Below, piece after piece: positions 18,519 through 29,263 of a stretch of 64,000 nucleotides of DNA. The notes beneath the pieces were generated by a model. That model worked only from the letters and a program-made list of their open reading frames with translations, was not told where the DNA came from and did not search any database. Both the position numbers and the translations under genes were made by a program. Origin of the DNA: Terriglobia bacterium. GTDB lineage: Bacteria; Acidobacteriota; Terriglobia; 20CM-2-55-15. Each line of letters begins with the position of its first letter. Position 1 is the first letter of the stretch. The stretch is taken from assembly GCA_965198225.1 (NCBI GenBank), contig CBDAOY010000008.1:288001-352000 (forward strand), in the 5' to 3' direction.

Positions 18519-21161
18519 CTAGGAGACCATCTCAGCCACGATATTGTACACTGCTTGTAAAGCTTGATCCAGTTTTTCAGGCTCTTTTCCACCGGCCTGG
18601 GCGAAGTCCGGTCGCCCGCCTCCGCTGCCTCCGACCAGCTCGGCGACCTGCTTGACGATCTTACCGGCGTGTAAGCGGGCCCTCAGGTCTTCCGAAACAG
18701 CGGTGACCAGTATTGCCTTGCTGTCGGAAGCGGACCCGAGGACCACGAGACCGGAGCCCAGACCGGCCCGCGCACTTTCGGCCAATTCTCTCATCAAAGC
18801 GGCGTCAACCCCTTCAACTTTCTGCGATATGACCTGGACGCCGCTGACCGTGTTCTGGGACTCGAGGAGGTGCTGAAGTTGCGACTTTGCGCCCTTTCGC
18901 TTGATCGTGTGCAGTTCATCTTCGAGATGCTTCTGCTGTTCGAGCATCTTTTCCACAGCTCGGGTCAACTCGGACCTCGGAGCGCGAAGCCGATCGGCAA
19001 GCGCTTTCAGCAGGTTTTCATCTTCTCCAAGGCGCTGGTAGCTGCCGAAACCCGTGAGCGCCTCCAGTCGTCGAACGCCTGCGGCGACGCTGCTCTCGGA
19101 AACGATCTTGAAAAGGCCCACGTCCCCGGTCATTCTCGTGTGCGTACCCCCGCACAATTCCATGCTGATGTCCGGGATCGACACGACGCGCACCTTCTGC
19201 TGATATTTTTCGCCGAAGAAAGCGATGGCTCCGGACTCGATCGCCTCGTCCAGTGCCATCTCCCGCGTCTGGACCGGATGGTTATCCAGGACGATCGCGT
19301 TGATACGTTCTTCGATCTCTTCGACTTCTGCGTCGGTCAGGGACGCGTAGTGAGTGTAGTCGAAACGCAGCCGGTCCGGCGCCACGAGCGATCCGGCTTG
19401 TTTGACGTGGACACCAAGCGTGTCTCGCAGGACTGCGTGGAGCAGGTGCGTGCCGGTGTGGTTCGCAGCGATTCTGCGTCGCCGTCCGGCATCGACTTGA
19501 GCAGAAACTTCGTCTCCGGTCGAGATCCGACCGAAGTCCATCTCGACCCGATGCAGGATGAGTCCCGGTGTCGGGGAATAGGTGTCCAGGACGCGGGCCG
19601 CGCCGGAGGGAGAAGTCAGCATTCCCACGTCGCCGACTTGACCACCGGATTCGGCATAGAAAGGCGTCTGATCGAGAGCAATCTCTGCCTGCGTTCCGCT
19701 GCCTTCGACGGACTTGTCAAGTCTGCCGTCACGGACGATTCCCAACACTCGACTCGCCGCCTGGGTCGTTTCGTAGCCCAGGAAGACGCTTGCTCCGTTC
19801 TCGATGAACTGGTCATAGAGCGGCAGATCGCCGGATTCGCTGCCCTTCCAGCTTTCCCTGGCGCGGGCTCTCTGTCCCTCAAGCTCGACTTTGAATCCCT
19901 CGATGTCCAGCTTCAGGGACTTTTCGCGCGCGATTTCTTCGGTGAAGTCCAGCGGCAAGCCGTAGGTGTCATAGAGCTTGAAGATGTCTGGGCCCGGGAT
20001 TACCTCTTGCCGCTCGGAGACCAGCCGTGAGGAGATATCATCGAGCTTGCCGATGGCCACGGCAACCGTCGCCGAAAAGCGCCGTTCTTCGTTCTCGACA
20101 ATGCGGGCGACGTATTCTCGAGTCTTGAGCAGCTCAGGATAGGCCTCCTTCATCAACTCCACGACATGCCCCGTCATCGAGTGGAGAAAGGGTTCATCCC
20201 GCCCGAGTAGGGTGCCCTGTCGTATTCCACGCCGCATTATCTTCCGCAGGACATAGCCTCGACCCTCATTGGACGGGATGATCCCGTCACTGATGAGGAA
20301 CGTGGCCGCTCGCGCATGATCGGCGATGATGCGGAGAGATACGTCGGTCGGCTGCGAGCTCCCGTATTTCACCCTGAAATGCTCGGCGGCTCGATCGATC
20401 AGGGATCGCAGCAGGTCCGTTTCGTAGTTGCTGATCTTGCCCTGCAGGACGGAGGCGATGCGCTCCAGGCCCATACCCGTGTCGATGGAAGGCGCCGGCA
20501 GTGGTTGGAGATGGCCCTGATCGTCGCGGTCGAATTGCATGAAGACCAGATTCCACACCTCCACGTAGCGTCCACACTCGCACGGAAAGTCGCAGTTATC
20601 GTGGCCTTCTTCGCTGGCTTCCGGGCCGAAGTCGTAATGAAGTTCCGAGCACGGTCCGCACGGACCCGTCTCTCCCATCTGCCAGAAGTTGTCTTTCTCG
20701 TCCATCCGGACGACCCGGTCCGGGGCGATGCCGATGTGGTTTTTCCACAGTTCATCAGCTTCGTCATCCTCCTCGAAAACCGTCACCCACAGACGATCCC
20801 CCGGCAGTGCGAACTCGTCGGTCAGGAGTTGCCAGGCGTACTCGACGGCTTCCTTCTTGAAGTAGTTGCCGAAAGAGAAGTTGCCGAGCATCTCGAAGAA
20901 CGTCTGGTGACGGCGTGTGTGACCGACCACATCCAGGTCGTTGTGTTTACCTCCGGCCCGCACACATTTCTGACTGCTCGCGGCCCGGTTGTAACTCCGC
21001 TCGTCCCTGCCCAGGAAGACGTCCTTGAACTGGTTCATTCCCGCGTTGACGAACAGCAGCGTCGGGTCGTCGGCGGGAATCAAGGGCGAGCTGGCAACCA
21101 CGGTGTGGCCGCGTTCTTCGAAGAACTTGAGAAAACGGCTTCGGACTTCGCTACTCTTCAC
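18519..21161 (-). CDS. alaS: Alanine--tRNA ligase
   Basis: FFEMLGNFSFG, TGMGLER, HTGTHLLH, ELCGGTH, GGGRPDFAQAG. Confidence 0.99.
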   Translation of the reverse strand: MKSSEVRSRFLKFFEERGHTVVASSPLIPADDPTLLFVNAGMNQFKDVFLGRDERSYNRAASSQKCVRAGGKHNDLDVVGHTRRHQTFFEMLGNFSFGNYFKKEAVEYAWQLLTDEFALPGDRLWVTVFEEDDEADELWKNHIGIAPDRVVRMDEKDNFWQMGETGPCGPCSELHYDFGPEASEEGHDNCDFPCECGRYVEVWNLVFMQFDRDDQGHLQPLPAPSIDTGMGLERIASVLQGKISNYETDLLRSLIDRAAEHFRVKYGSSQPTDVSLRIIADHARAATFLISDGIIPSNEGRGYVLRKIMRRGIRQGTLLGRDEPFLHSMTGHVVELMKEAYPELLKTREYVARIVENEERRFSATVAVAIGKLDDISSRLVSERQEVIPGPDIFKLYDTYGLPLDFTEEIAREKSLKLDIEGFKVELEGQRARARESWKGSESGDLPLYDQFIENGASVFLGYETTQAASRVLGIVRDGRLDKSVEGSGTQAEIALDQTPFYAESGGQVGDVGMLTSPSGAARVLDTYSPTPGLILHRVEMDFGRISTGDEVSAQVDAGRRRRIAANHTGTHLLHAVLRDTLGVHVKQAGSLVAPDRLRFDYTHYASLTDAEVEEIEERINAIVLDNHPVQTREMALDEAIESGAIAFFGEKYQQKVRVVSIPDISMELCGGTHTRMTGDVGLFKIVSESSVAAGVRRLEALTGFGSYQRLGEDENLLKALADRLRAPRSELTRAVEKMLEQQKHLEDELHTIKRKGAKSQLQHLLESQNTVSGVQVISQKVEGVDAALMRELAESARAGLGSGLVVLGSASDSKAILVTAVSEDLRARLHAGKIVKQVAELVGGSGGGRPDFAQAGGKEPEKLDQALQAVYNIVAEMVS

Positions 21162-21586
21162 AGGAGGTTTTCCAGTTCATCGCGTATGGCTTCTTCCTCA
21201 TAACCAAGACGCACCAGTGACCTCGAAAGACGACTGGCATCACGGACTGAGAGAGGCGGTTTCACGTTCAAATCCTTCATTTTAGTCCCGAGGGCCTCGA
21301 CAAGCGAGGGCCATTTCCCCGCTGCGATCACATCCGCGATGATGGTGTCGCCGACGCCGTGGCGCATCAACTCGTATTCGAGCCGTCGGCGGCCCCAGGA
21401 CGTCCTGCCCCGCACGTAGGTCTCCGAGAAACGTCGGTCGTCGAGGTATTTCTTCTCGATGAGGCGGTCGATCACCGAGGGTGGAACGTTCCCAAACCGG
21501 CGATCGAGCCGGGCCCGAAGCCGATGGATACTGAATTCCCGACGGGCCAGGAGCTTGATGGCGTAGTTGTAGATTTCGTCCTGCAT
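21158..21586 (-). CDS. recX: Regulatory protein RecX
   Basis: AIKLLARREFS, YLDDRRF, WGRRRLEYEL, LVRLGY; overlaps the alaS start. Confidence 0.85.
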   Translation of the reverse strand: MQDEIYNYAIKLLARREFSIHRLRARLDRRFGNVPPSVIDRLIEKKYLDDRRFSETYVRGRTSWGRRRLEYELMRHGVGDTIIADVIAAGKWPSLVEALGTKMKDLNVKPPLSVRDASRLSRSLVRLGYEEEAIRDELENLL

Positions 21587-21624
21587 GGGGAGAGCAGCTG
21601 CAAGCTCAGGCGACACCCAAAACT

Positions 21625-21696
21625 CCCCTCCTCGGATGAGGAGGGGTGGCGCGAAGCGCCGGGGTGGTGTCGACCTGGAAGAAACCACCCGTCTGC
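21625..21696. repeat. REP-like repeat E (CCCCTCCTC..GAGGAGGGGTGGCGCGAAGCGCCGGGGTGGTG), inverted copy at 49955-50028
   Basis: Near-identical reverse complement at 49955-50028. Confidence 0.88.
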
Positions 21697-21720
21697 CTTC
21701 TCCAACTTTGCGGCGAACTG

Positions 21721-21756
21721 AACACCCGGGGACAGGGCCAGCCCTGTCCCCCTCAC
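21721..21756. repeat. Palindromic repeat B (AACACCCGGGGACAGGGC.AGCCCTGTCCCCCTCAC)
   Basis: Copies at 21721, 24403 and (inverted) 49794. Confidence 0.9.
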
Positions 21757-21781
21757 GTCCGTTCTCCCGCGGATCATTCGG

Positions 21782-22731
21782 CTAAGCGAAAAACCCAACT
21801 GGCAACTGACTACTGACTACCGGATACAACCAATTGTCCGGGTCCGGAAGCGCACCCTGGATGATATCGAAGAACGCACGCTGGATTCTTCCCGTCAGCG
21901 GACCGCGGTTTCCTTCACCGATGGCGATGTGATCGACGGACCGAATCGGTGTGATTTCCGCAGCGGTGCCCGCGAAAAAGAGCTCGTCGGCGATGTAGAC
22001 AGCCACTCGCGGGGAATCGCTTCTTCCCGCACCGTCAACCCCATGTCGGCGGCGATTCGCATGACCGAGTCGCGCGTGATACCCGATAGCACCGAATGTG
22101 CCAGCGATGGGGTGTGAATGACACCGTCGCGAACCAGGAAGAGGTTCTCGCCGCTGCCCTCGCTGACGTATCCCATCGCATCGAGCGCCACTCCCTCCGC
22201 GAAGCCGTTGTGGACGGCTTCCATCTTGATTAGCTGGGAGTTCATGTAGTGCCCGCCGGCTTTGGCGATTGCAGGGAACGTGTTCGGAGCCATACGCGCC
22301 CAGGAAGACACGCATATGTCGACGCCGTTCTCCATGGCATCCGCGCCGAGGTAGGAGCCCCATTCCCAGACGGCGATGTATGTCTCCACCGGAACGCCGA
22401 TCGGGTTCACGCTCAACGTGCCGTAGCCACGCAGGACGACGGGTCGGACGTAGCAGGCTGCCAGCCGGTTTGCAAGGATCGTTTCGATGACCGCACTCGT
22501 CAGCGAAGCCTCATCGTAGGGGATGTCCATGCGGTAGATTCGTGAAGATTCCACCAGGCGGCGGATGTGGTCTTTCAGTCGGAAGACGACGGAGCCCCCC
22601 GGCGCTTCGTAGCACCGGATGCCTTCAAAACAGGATGAGCCGTAGTGGACGACGTGGGAAAGAACGTGTATCTGTGCCTCATCCCAGGAGATGAACTCTC
22701 CGTTTTTCCAGATTGTTTCAGACGGGTTCAA
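21782..22731 (-). pseudogene. ilvE: Branched-chain amino acid aminotransferase, frameshifted near 21998-22006; probably intact in vivo
   Basis: [30 protein letters not shown] in one frame; [18 protein letters not shown] in another; GGAGG plus TTG start. Confidence 0.92.
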
Positions 22732-22897
22732 AAGCGTTCCTCCGTGTAGATCGGCCAAGAGAGGGGACTTATCGGGATACGATTCCCGCGACGCCCGGCA
22801 TGTTATCCTAACTGTCTCGTATCACAAATAAGCCGGGCTTTCGGGACGAGATGCTGCGGATCAGCCGTGGCGCTGCGTTCCTCGCCGAGAACCGCCG

Positions 22898-23422
22898 ATG
22901 CCGCGTCCACGAGTCATTCTGCTTCAGTCTTTGCTGGTGCTGGTTCCGTTGTTGGCCGGCTGTGGCTATCGTTTGGCTGGAGGCAACCTCGCGTCCGGGT
23001 CCGGGCGGAGCATTGCCGTGCCGTTGTTTCAGAACGCCACGACAAACTATCGCATCGAGCAGCGCCTGACCGAAGCCGTTCGCCGCGAACTCATCCAGCG
23101 CACCCAGTACGACGTGCTGCCCGCTTCCGCGGGGGACTTTGTGTTATCGGGGCAGGTGTTGAGTGTGACTTCGATTCCCATCATCTTTACCGACCGGGGA
23201 CGGAGCACCGCCTACACCGTGGCAGTCGAAGTAAGCGTGAGTCTAACCGACAGTCGCGACGGCTCGCTGGTCTTCGCCGACGAGCGTTGGACGTTCCGTG
23301 AAGTCTTCGAGTTGTCGAATGACTCCGAGACCTTTGTTCCGGAAGACGCGGCCGCTATGGATCGCCTCGCCCGTCGCTTCGCTTCTTCCCTGGTTGCGTC
23401 GCTCTTCCACCGAAGTCCGTGA
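22898..23422 (+). CDS. lptE: LPS assembly lipoprotein LptE
   Basis: Lipobox LAGCGYRL; upstream of holA. Confidence 0.85.
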   Translation: MPRPRVILLQSLLVLVPLLAGCGYRLAGGNLASGSGRSIAVPLFQNATTNYRIEQRLTEAVRRELIQRTQYDVLPASAGDFVLSGQVLSVTSIPIIFTDRGRSTAYTVAVEVSVSLTDSRDGSLVFADERWTFREVFELSNDSETFVPEDAAAMDRLARRFASSLVASLFHRSP

Positions 23423-24381
23423 AGTTTTCAGAATTTCGAAAAAAGAATGACGCTCCCCCCGGGCATGTCTTCGTGTTCGTGTGCGGAGACGAATTTCTAG
23501 TCGAGGAATCGAAGGAAGTGTGGGCACGGCTTTTCGGCGGGAACTGGGCGGTCGAGAAGACCTCCGCCAAAGAGCTGGATTCCGTCGAGCCGTCCGAGCT
23601 TATGTCGTCGGCGCTGACGCCGCCACTGTTCGGAGAAAGCCGCGTTCTGATGGTCACCAACGCGGGAAAAGTTCCGAAGAAGCGACTCACCCATTTCGCC
23701 GAGATCAACGCCCTGGAGGACTCCTCCCTCAAGATCATCCTTTGCGTCGCCGGCCGGAGGTCGCTCCAGGCGTGGACCAAGACGTTCAAAGTTGTGGAGA
23801 TAGAACCGCTTCGGCCGGCCGATACGATCCGGTGGGTCAAAGAACGGTATGGCGTCCGAGCCGAGGTGGCGAGCTACATTGTCGAGAACATCGGGGCTGA
23901 GCTGTATCCGCTGTACCGGGAATTGGAGAAGCTGCAGACGTACGTGAAGAAAGAACGACCTATAGAGGTGGAAGACGTCGACATGCTGATTCTTCGCTCC
24001 GAGCAGTTCGGACCTTTCGAGTTGGACGACGCCGTGCTCGCACAGGATTATCCGAAGGCGGTTCGTGTCGCCGAAGCCATGATCGAAGAAGGCATGGAGC
24101 CTCTCCAGATACTTGGAAAGCTTGCCGGCCTGTGGCGGAAACTATTCGCCAGCAAACAACTCGTCTCCCGCGGGCGCGGAAGTGAGGTCGGGCGCGCTCT
24201 GGGTGTACACGATTTTGTCGCTGGGAAGCTTCGGAAGGCAGCACCGGGTTTCAGCTCGGAGCAGCTGGCCGTGGGGTTCGGCGAGCTCCTGAAGGCCGAC
24301 AAGGCGTTCAAGAGCACAAGCGCCAGCGCCAGGCCCGAATACACGTTCGACGCCATGCTGTGGAAAATGGTGGGGAAGTAG
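23419..24381 (+). CDS. holA: DNA polymerase III subunit delta
   Basis: CGDEFL, PPLFGESR, ELEKL, FELDDAV; lptE-holA-rpsT context. Confidence 0.88.
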   Translation: MKFSEFRKKNDAPPGHVFVFVCGDEFLVEESKEVWARLFGGNWAVEKTSAKELDSVEPSELMSSALTPPLFGESRVLMVTNAGKVPKKRLTHFAEINALEDSSLKIILCVAGRRSLQAWTKTFKVVEIEPLRPADTIRWVKERYGVRAEVASYIVENIGAELYPLYRELEKLQTYVKKERPIEVEDVDMLILRSEQFGPFELDDAVLAQDYPKAVRVAEAMIEEGMEPLQILGKLAGLWRKLFASKQLVSRGRGSEVGRALGVHDFVAGKLRKAAPGFSSEQLAVGFGELLKADKAFKSTSASARPEYTFDAMLWKMVGK

Positions 24382-24402
24382 TCCCGACGTTTCTGCTTAG
24401 CC

Positions 24403-24438
24403 AACACCCGGGGACAGGGCTAGCCCTGTCCCCCTCAC
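24403..24438. repeat. Palindromic repeat B, copy 2
   Basis: 35 of 36 nt identical to 21721-21756. Confidence 0.9.
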
Positions 24439-24524
24439 ATTGGCTCGCTCACGGCTCGTTTCGCGAAGTGAATAACACTTATTGACAACGACAACGGCCT
24501 ACCGATAACGGCCTACGATCCGAA

Positions 24525-24791
24525 TCAAGCCGCCATGGCGTTGACGTTTCGCGTCATGCGGGACTTGTAGCGCCGTGCCGCATTCGCCTTGATAACGCCC
24601 TTCTGAACGGACTTGTCGATCAGGCTGAACGTCTTCGGCAACATCGCCCGGGCGTCGTCGACCTTGCCCTCGGAGATCACCGATTTCAGCTTCTTCAACT
24701 GTGTCTTCAGCTTGCGTCGGTTCATCTGGTTGATGAGTCGTCTCTGCTCGCTTTGTCGGTTCCGCTTTATCGCAGATGCATGGTTTGCCAT
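24525..24791 (-). CDS. rpsT: 30S ribosomal protein S20
   Basis: [13 protein letters not shown]...[21 protein letters not shown]. Confidence 0.97.
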   Translation of the reverse strand: MANHASAIKRNRQSEQRRLINQMNRRKLKTQLKKLKSVISEGKVDDARAMLPKTFSLIDKSVQKGVIKANAARRYKSRMTRNVNAMAA

Positions 24792-24951
24792 TAGCTTCAG
24801 TCTCGAAACGACCATGATAGCAATTGCTTCGCCTGGTGGTCAATCTCACCAGGTGGGACAGACTTGCGGTCGTACCGGCAAAGGCCCCACCGACGGTGGT
24901 CCCCGAGCCCCGCGTGCTATAATTCAGAACGAGTTACGTCCTCAGCCAGGA

Positions 24952-25956
24952 ATGAAGAAAACCATCCCCATCGGCGAAGGCATCGCCGACCTCTTCGGTA
25001 CTTACGACGGGAACATCAAGTATCTGGAATCTCTTCTCAACGTCGAGGTCCATATCGCTCCCGACAACCTGACGGTCGAGGGAGGCGACGAGCAGGTGAC
25101 GTTGGTGGAGCAGTTCATCCAGGACTACGCTCATCTTCGGGCCGAAGGGATCCAGCTTTCGAGCGAAGACCTGAAATCGATCATCCGGATCGTCTCGGAG
25201 GACAACTCGGTGACGTTGCGCGAGGTCGTTGCCCCCCCTCGACAGTTTCAGGTAGGAAAGCGCAGTATCGCGCCCAAGACCCTCAACCAGAAAATCTACA
25301 TGGAAGCCATCGACACCTACGACATGGTCTTCGGCATCGGGCCCGCGGGCACGGGAAAGACTTACTTAGCGGTCGGCATGGCTGTTCGGGAGCTGCTGGC
25401 GAAACGTGTCAGTCGCATCGTGCTGACCCGGCCGGCGGTGGAAGCGGGCGAACGACTGGGTTTTCTGCCCGGGACACTGGAGGAGAAGGTCGATCCCTAC
25501 TTGCGGCCGCTTTATGACGCCCTCTATGACATGCTCGACGCAGATCGGGTCGACCGGTACCTGGAACGTCGCGTGATCGAGATCGCGCCGATCGCGTTCA
25601 TGCGTGGAAGGACGCTGAATGACTCGTTTGTCATCCTCGATGAAGCCCAGAACACGACGTCGGAACAGATGAAAATGTTTCTGACTCGAATAGGCTTCAC
25701 CTCCAAAGCAGTCATCAACGGCGACATTACACAGATCGATCTTCCGTTCGGTAAGACGTCCGGCCTCGTCGAAGCCCGCGATGTTGTCTCCGGTATCGAG
25801 GGGATCGGGTTCGTGACCTTCAACGACCGGGATGTGGTGCGACATCCGCTCGTTCTCCAAATCGTGCGGGCCTACGAGAAATACTTCCCGTGGCGTATGG
25901 GGAGCCAACGAGCGCTGTCGTTCAAACCGCCCGAGGACAAGGGTCACCCCTCATGA
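24952..25956 (+). CDS. phoH: PhoH family ATPase (YbeZ)
   Basis: [34 protein letters not shown]; TGcTATAAT promoter just upstream. Confidence 0.95.
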   Translation: MKKTIPIGEGIADLFGTYDGNIKYLESLLNVEVHIAPDNLTVEGGDEQVTLVEQFIQDYAHLRAEGIQLSSEDLKSIIRIVSEDNSVTLREVVAPPRQFQVGKRSIAPKTLNQKIYMEAIDTYDMVFGIGPAGTGKTYLAVGMAVRELLAKRVSRIVLTRPAVEAGERLGFLPGTLEEKVDPYLRPLYDALYDMLDADRVDRYLERRVIEIAPIAFMRGRTLNDSFVILDEAQNTTSEQMKMFLTRIGFTSKAVINGDITQIDLPFGKTSGLVEARDVVSGIEGIGFVTFNDRDVVRHPLVLQIVRAYEKYFPWRMGSQRALSFKPPEDKGHPS

Positions 25957-26399
25957 GCGCGCCGGCCCCGACATCGACCGAACCGGGAGACCCCGAGCCA
26001 TACCTCCTACTCAACCGGCAGCGTAAACACAGCGTCGACCGGTACGAGCTGTCGGACTTCATAACCCTACTGGTGGACCACCTCCATCCTGCTGGAACGT
26101 TTTCAGTTGTGCTGGTCAGCGACCGCGTGATCCGCGGTCACAACGCGACTTACCGGGGCCTTGATAGGCCGACCGATGTGCTGAGTTTCCCCGGCGACGA
26201 GGGGTACCTGGGCGATGTGCTCATCTCCACGGAAACCGCCTATCATCAGGTCCGACGTTCCCGAACCGTCAGCTTTGAGACCAATCTGAAAAGACTGGCC
26301 TTGCACGGATTGCTGCATCTGATGGGCTACGACCATGAGAGCGATGACGGTGAGATGCGGGCTCTCGAACGTCGCTTGCGCCGGAGATTTCGATGTTGA
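25953..26399 (+). CDS. ybeY: rRNA maturation RNase YbeY
   Basis: [18 protein letters not shown]. Confidence 0.96.
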   Translation: MSAPAPTSTEPGDPEPYLLLNRQRKHSVDRYELSDFITLLVDHLHPAGTFSVVLVSDRVIRGHNATYRGLDRPTDVLSFPGDEGYLGDVLISTETAYHQVRRSRTVSFETNLKRLALHGLLHLMGYDHESDDGEMRALERRLRRRFRC

Positions 26400-27667
26400 G
26401 CGTGCTGGAGTTCCTGATCGCGGCCGTCCTTGTCGCGTCGTTGCTCGTGATGTCGATCCTCGATTTCGCGCTCGGAGGTGTGAACCAGATCGCGTTGCGA
26501 CGACTCGCCGACGCGTCCAGGTCGAAATCGAGCCCGCTCTGGGCCGCGATGGTCGAGTCGCGAGCGGAGGTGCTGATGGTGATCCACATCAGCATCCAGA
26601 CGCTGCTGATCGCGATAGCCGTGTTGCTCACCGGAGCGTTCCTCCGAGCACCGCTTCATGACGCTCTGGCGCTTCCGGCCGGAGCGGCGACGACTCTCGT
26701 ACTGGTTTTGGTTTTTCGGCAATTGTTACCCCGCGCAGTGGCCATCGGCAATCCTGATGACGTGTTAGCGCGGCTCGTCCCGACCCTGACCGTCCCCTAC
26801 TACCTGCTGCGCCCGCTGGTTCAGTTGATGATGTCGGTCTTGAATCGCTTTCACCGGTGGGAGGAGGAGACTGAGTCCGAAGACGAGGAGGAGGCGTCCG
26901 AAGATGAGATCCAGGCCTTCATCGACGCGGGGCAGGAGGAGGGCATCCTCGAACAGGACGAAGGAGCAATGATCCAGTCCATCGTCCATTTCGGTGACAA
27001 AGCTGCTCTCGAAGTGATGACGCCTCGGCCGCAAATCGTCGCCGCCGACGTCTCCTGGAGTGTGGATCGCACGGTCAACTTGATCGTATCCAACCGTCAT
27101 TCCCGCATTCCCGTCTACCGGACCGAACTGGACAACATGGAAGGTATCCTGCACGAGAGGGACCTGCTGCGGATCTGGAGAAGCGGGGAGCAACTCGACA
27201 ATCTGCGATCCGTCTTGCACCCGGTTCACTTTGTGCCCGAGACCAAGCCGATCGACGACCTGCTGCAGGAAATGAGGGCCGAGGGCCATCAGATCGTCCT
27301 CGTGGTCGACGAGTATGGTGGAATTTCCGGTCTGATCACCGTCGAGGATCTGGTCGAAGAGATCGTCGGCGAGATCAACGACGCGGACTCCGAAGGCGAA
27401 AAGGTGTTCGAAGAGGGTGGAGGCAGCTATCTGGTGCCGGGCGGCCTCGAACTCGACTCGATGGAAGATCGATTGGGGATGCCCCTGGTTGAGGATACCG
27501 AATGCACAACCGTCGGTGGGGCCGTGGTCGAGCTGTTCGGGAGGCTGCCCGCTTCAGGAGAGAAAATCGAACATCGGGGTCTCGCCATAGAGGTCGTCGA
27601 CGCCGACCGGCGGAAGATCCGCAGGATTCGCATCCGATCGATGACGGCTAAAGGGGGCTCCAGGTAA
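26393..27667 (+). CDS. Hemolysin/CNNM family protein (DUF21, CBS pair, CorC/HlyC)
   Basis: TM region, VMTPR, HSRIPVY, VVDEYGG, TVEDLVEEIVGEI. Confidence 0.92.
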   Translation: MLSVLEFLIAAVLVASLLVMSILDFALGGVNQIALRRLADASRSKSSPLWAAMVESRAEVLMVIHISIQTLLIAIAVLLTGAFLRAPLHDALALPAGAATTLVLVLVFRQLLPRAVAIGNPDDVLARLVPTLTVPYYLLRPLVQLMMSVLNRFHRWEEETESEDEEEASEDEIQAFIDAGQEEGILEQDEGAMIQSIVHFGDKAALEVMTPRPQIVAADVSWSVDRTVNLIVSNRHSRIPVYRTELDNMEGILHERDLLRIWRSGEQLDNLRSVLHPVHFVPETKPIDDLLQEMRAEGHQIVLVVDEYGGISGLITVEDLVEEIVGEINDADSEGEKVFEEGGGSYLVPGGLELDSMEDRLGMPLVEDTECTTVGGAVVELFGRLPASGEKIEHRGLAIEVVDADRRKIRRIRIRSMTAKGGSR

Positions 27668-27671
27668 CTAG

Positions 27672-28992
27672 CAGGCTGCTGAAAAACTTCGTTCGTTAAG
27701 AGAACGAGGGCTTCGATTGGGAATCTCAGAGCAATGAACGCCGAGGTGAATGACGAAAGTGAGAAATCGGTCATCCGATGGAGACGGATTGAGGGGCCAG
27801 GCGATCCAGAGTGGCCTGTGTTGATCCATTCAGCAGGTCTCCATTGTGAGATTCCGTATGCGAACCATGTTGTAGGCGGCCGCGGCGAAAGTGAACATCC
27901 AGCCCACTCGATCCGCCCCGCGATGGCGCGTCTTGCGCATCGTGCCAACGGTCTTCATCCAGCCAAAGATTTCTTCGACGCGCTTGCGCTTCCGTTGACT
28001 GACCCGGTAGCTGTCGTGTCGCACGGTGCGCCGGTCGATCGCAGTGAACTGTCGTTTCTGAGCGACATGAGGTGTCACCTTCAACGCGCGTGCCTGAGAG
28101 ACAAACGACCGGGTGTCGTAGCCCTTGTCCGCACCCAGAGTTGCGCGTCCCGCTCCCGATACGCCGGCAACCATCCTCAAAGCGGCTTCGCGTTCCGCTG
28201 TCCCGGTCGCGGCGGTGACTTCGGCATCGACCACCAGTCCGTGCCGGTTGTCCATGAGCACATGTCCCATGTAATTGAGTTTCGCTTCAGTCCCAAGCGA
28301 CTTGCGAAACATCCGGGCACCCGGGTCCGTCGTCGATTGATGCGTCTGATTCGTCCGCTGTTCCCCGTGAAAATGGACATCGGGGTTCCGCGGCCCACGC
28401 CGGTTCTTTCGCCGCACCTTCCCTTTCTTTCGGAAGCTCTTCTGTCCGGCCCACGCTTCAATCAGCGTTCCGTCCACGCTGAAATGTTCATCCGAAAGCA
28501 GACGGCTCGCGCGTGCCTTCTCCACCACAGCCCGGAAGAACAACTCGGCGACTTCTCCGGCCAACAATCGGTCACGGTTCTTGGTAAACACCGTCGGTAC
28601 CCATACCTCGTCGTCCAGGCTCAGGCCAACGAACCAGCGAAACAGCAGGTTATAGTTCAGCTGCTCCATCAACATCCGTTCACTGCGGACCGTATACAGC
28701 ACCTGCAACAGCAACGCGCGCAGCAACTGCTCGGGCGGAATCGACGGTCGCCCGACACCGGAGTACATCGAATCGAATACGCCCGAAAGCTCCTCCAGAA
28801 CCTCATCGACCATTTCCTTCATCGGTCTCAACGGGTGGTCTTCCGGTACCCGGCGTTCTGGCGATATGTAACTAAACATCGACTCCTGATGGCTCTCCAC
28901 TCCTCGCATTCGGTGCCTCCTGGGCTCGTTTCGCCCAGATTCCCCCGAATCGATGTCAGCGTTGGTCCATCTCGGAGTTTTTCAGCAGCCTG
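27672..28992 (-). mobile_element. IS5-family insertion sequence flanked by CTAG
   Basis: TIRs CAGGCTGCTGAAAAACT / AGTTTTTCAGCAGCCTG; CTAG at 27668-27671 and 28993-28996. Confidence 0.95.
27830..28909 (-). CDS. IS5-family DDE transposase (DUF772 plus DDE)
   Basis: GRPSIPPEQLLRA, NLLFRWFVGL, VDGTLIEA, GADKGYD, RKRVEEIFGW. Confidence 0.96.
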   Translation of the reverse strand: MRGVESHQESMFSYISPERRVPEDHPLRPMKEMVDEVLEELSGVFDSMYSGVGRPSIPPEQLLRALLLQVLYTVRSERMLMEQLNYNLLFRWFVGLSLDDEVWVPTVFTKNRDRLLAGEVAELFFRAVVEKARASRLLSDEHFSVDGTLIEAWAGQKSFRKKGKVRRKNRRGPRNPDVHFHGEQRTNQTHQSTTDPGARMFRKSLGTEAKLNYMGHVLMDNRHGLVVDAEVTAATGTAEREAALRMVAGVSGAGRATLGADKGYDTRSFVSQARALKVTPHVAQKRQFTAIDRRTVRHDSYRVSQRKRKRVEEIFGWMKTVGTMRKTRHRGADRVGWMFTFAAAAYNMVRIRNLTMETC

Positions 28993-28996
28993 CTAG

Positions 28997-29263
28997 TGGC
29001 CTGTAACGGAGATATCGGTACCAGCGTTGCGGTGGAACGGCACCGGATTCTAGGAGCCGACGACGAGGTAATGCTCCTACATTGCGAGGAGGAGAGACAA
29101 CGAAGACGGTGCCGTTCCGCCGCAACCCTCCGGGCCGATGGGGGTTGGGGTCGATCTCTTTGTCGTTCGTCGTCATGATGAAACCGCATCAATTTCTCCT
29201 CTCTCCTCGACCTCGACTGGCAAGACCCATCGGCGATGGTGCCGATATCTCCGTTACAGGCCA
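28997..29263. mobile_element. MITE-1, 267 bp, CTAG-flanked, two-armed structured core
   Basis: TIRs TGGCCTGTAACGGAGATATCGG.ACCA; CTAG at 28993-28996 and 29264-29267. Confidence 0.9.

Noticed and set aside
21587-21688. N-terminal extension of RecX, and similar extensions on phoH, accB, rne and the LVIVD gene
   Set aside because: Longest-ORF artefacts translating repeats or UTRs; conserved N-termini and SD or promoter signals point to downstream starts.
27734-28996. 420-aa + strand ORF in the IS
   Set aside because: Antisense shadow of the transposase with no recognisable motifs; the same applies to 44115-45368, 46693-48525, 48543-49712 and 59803-61284.
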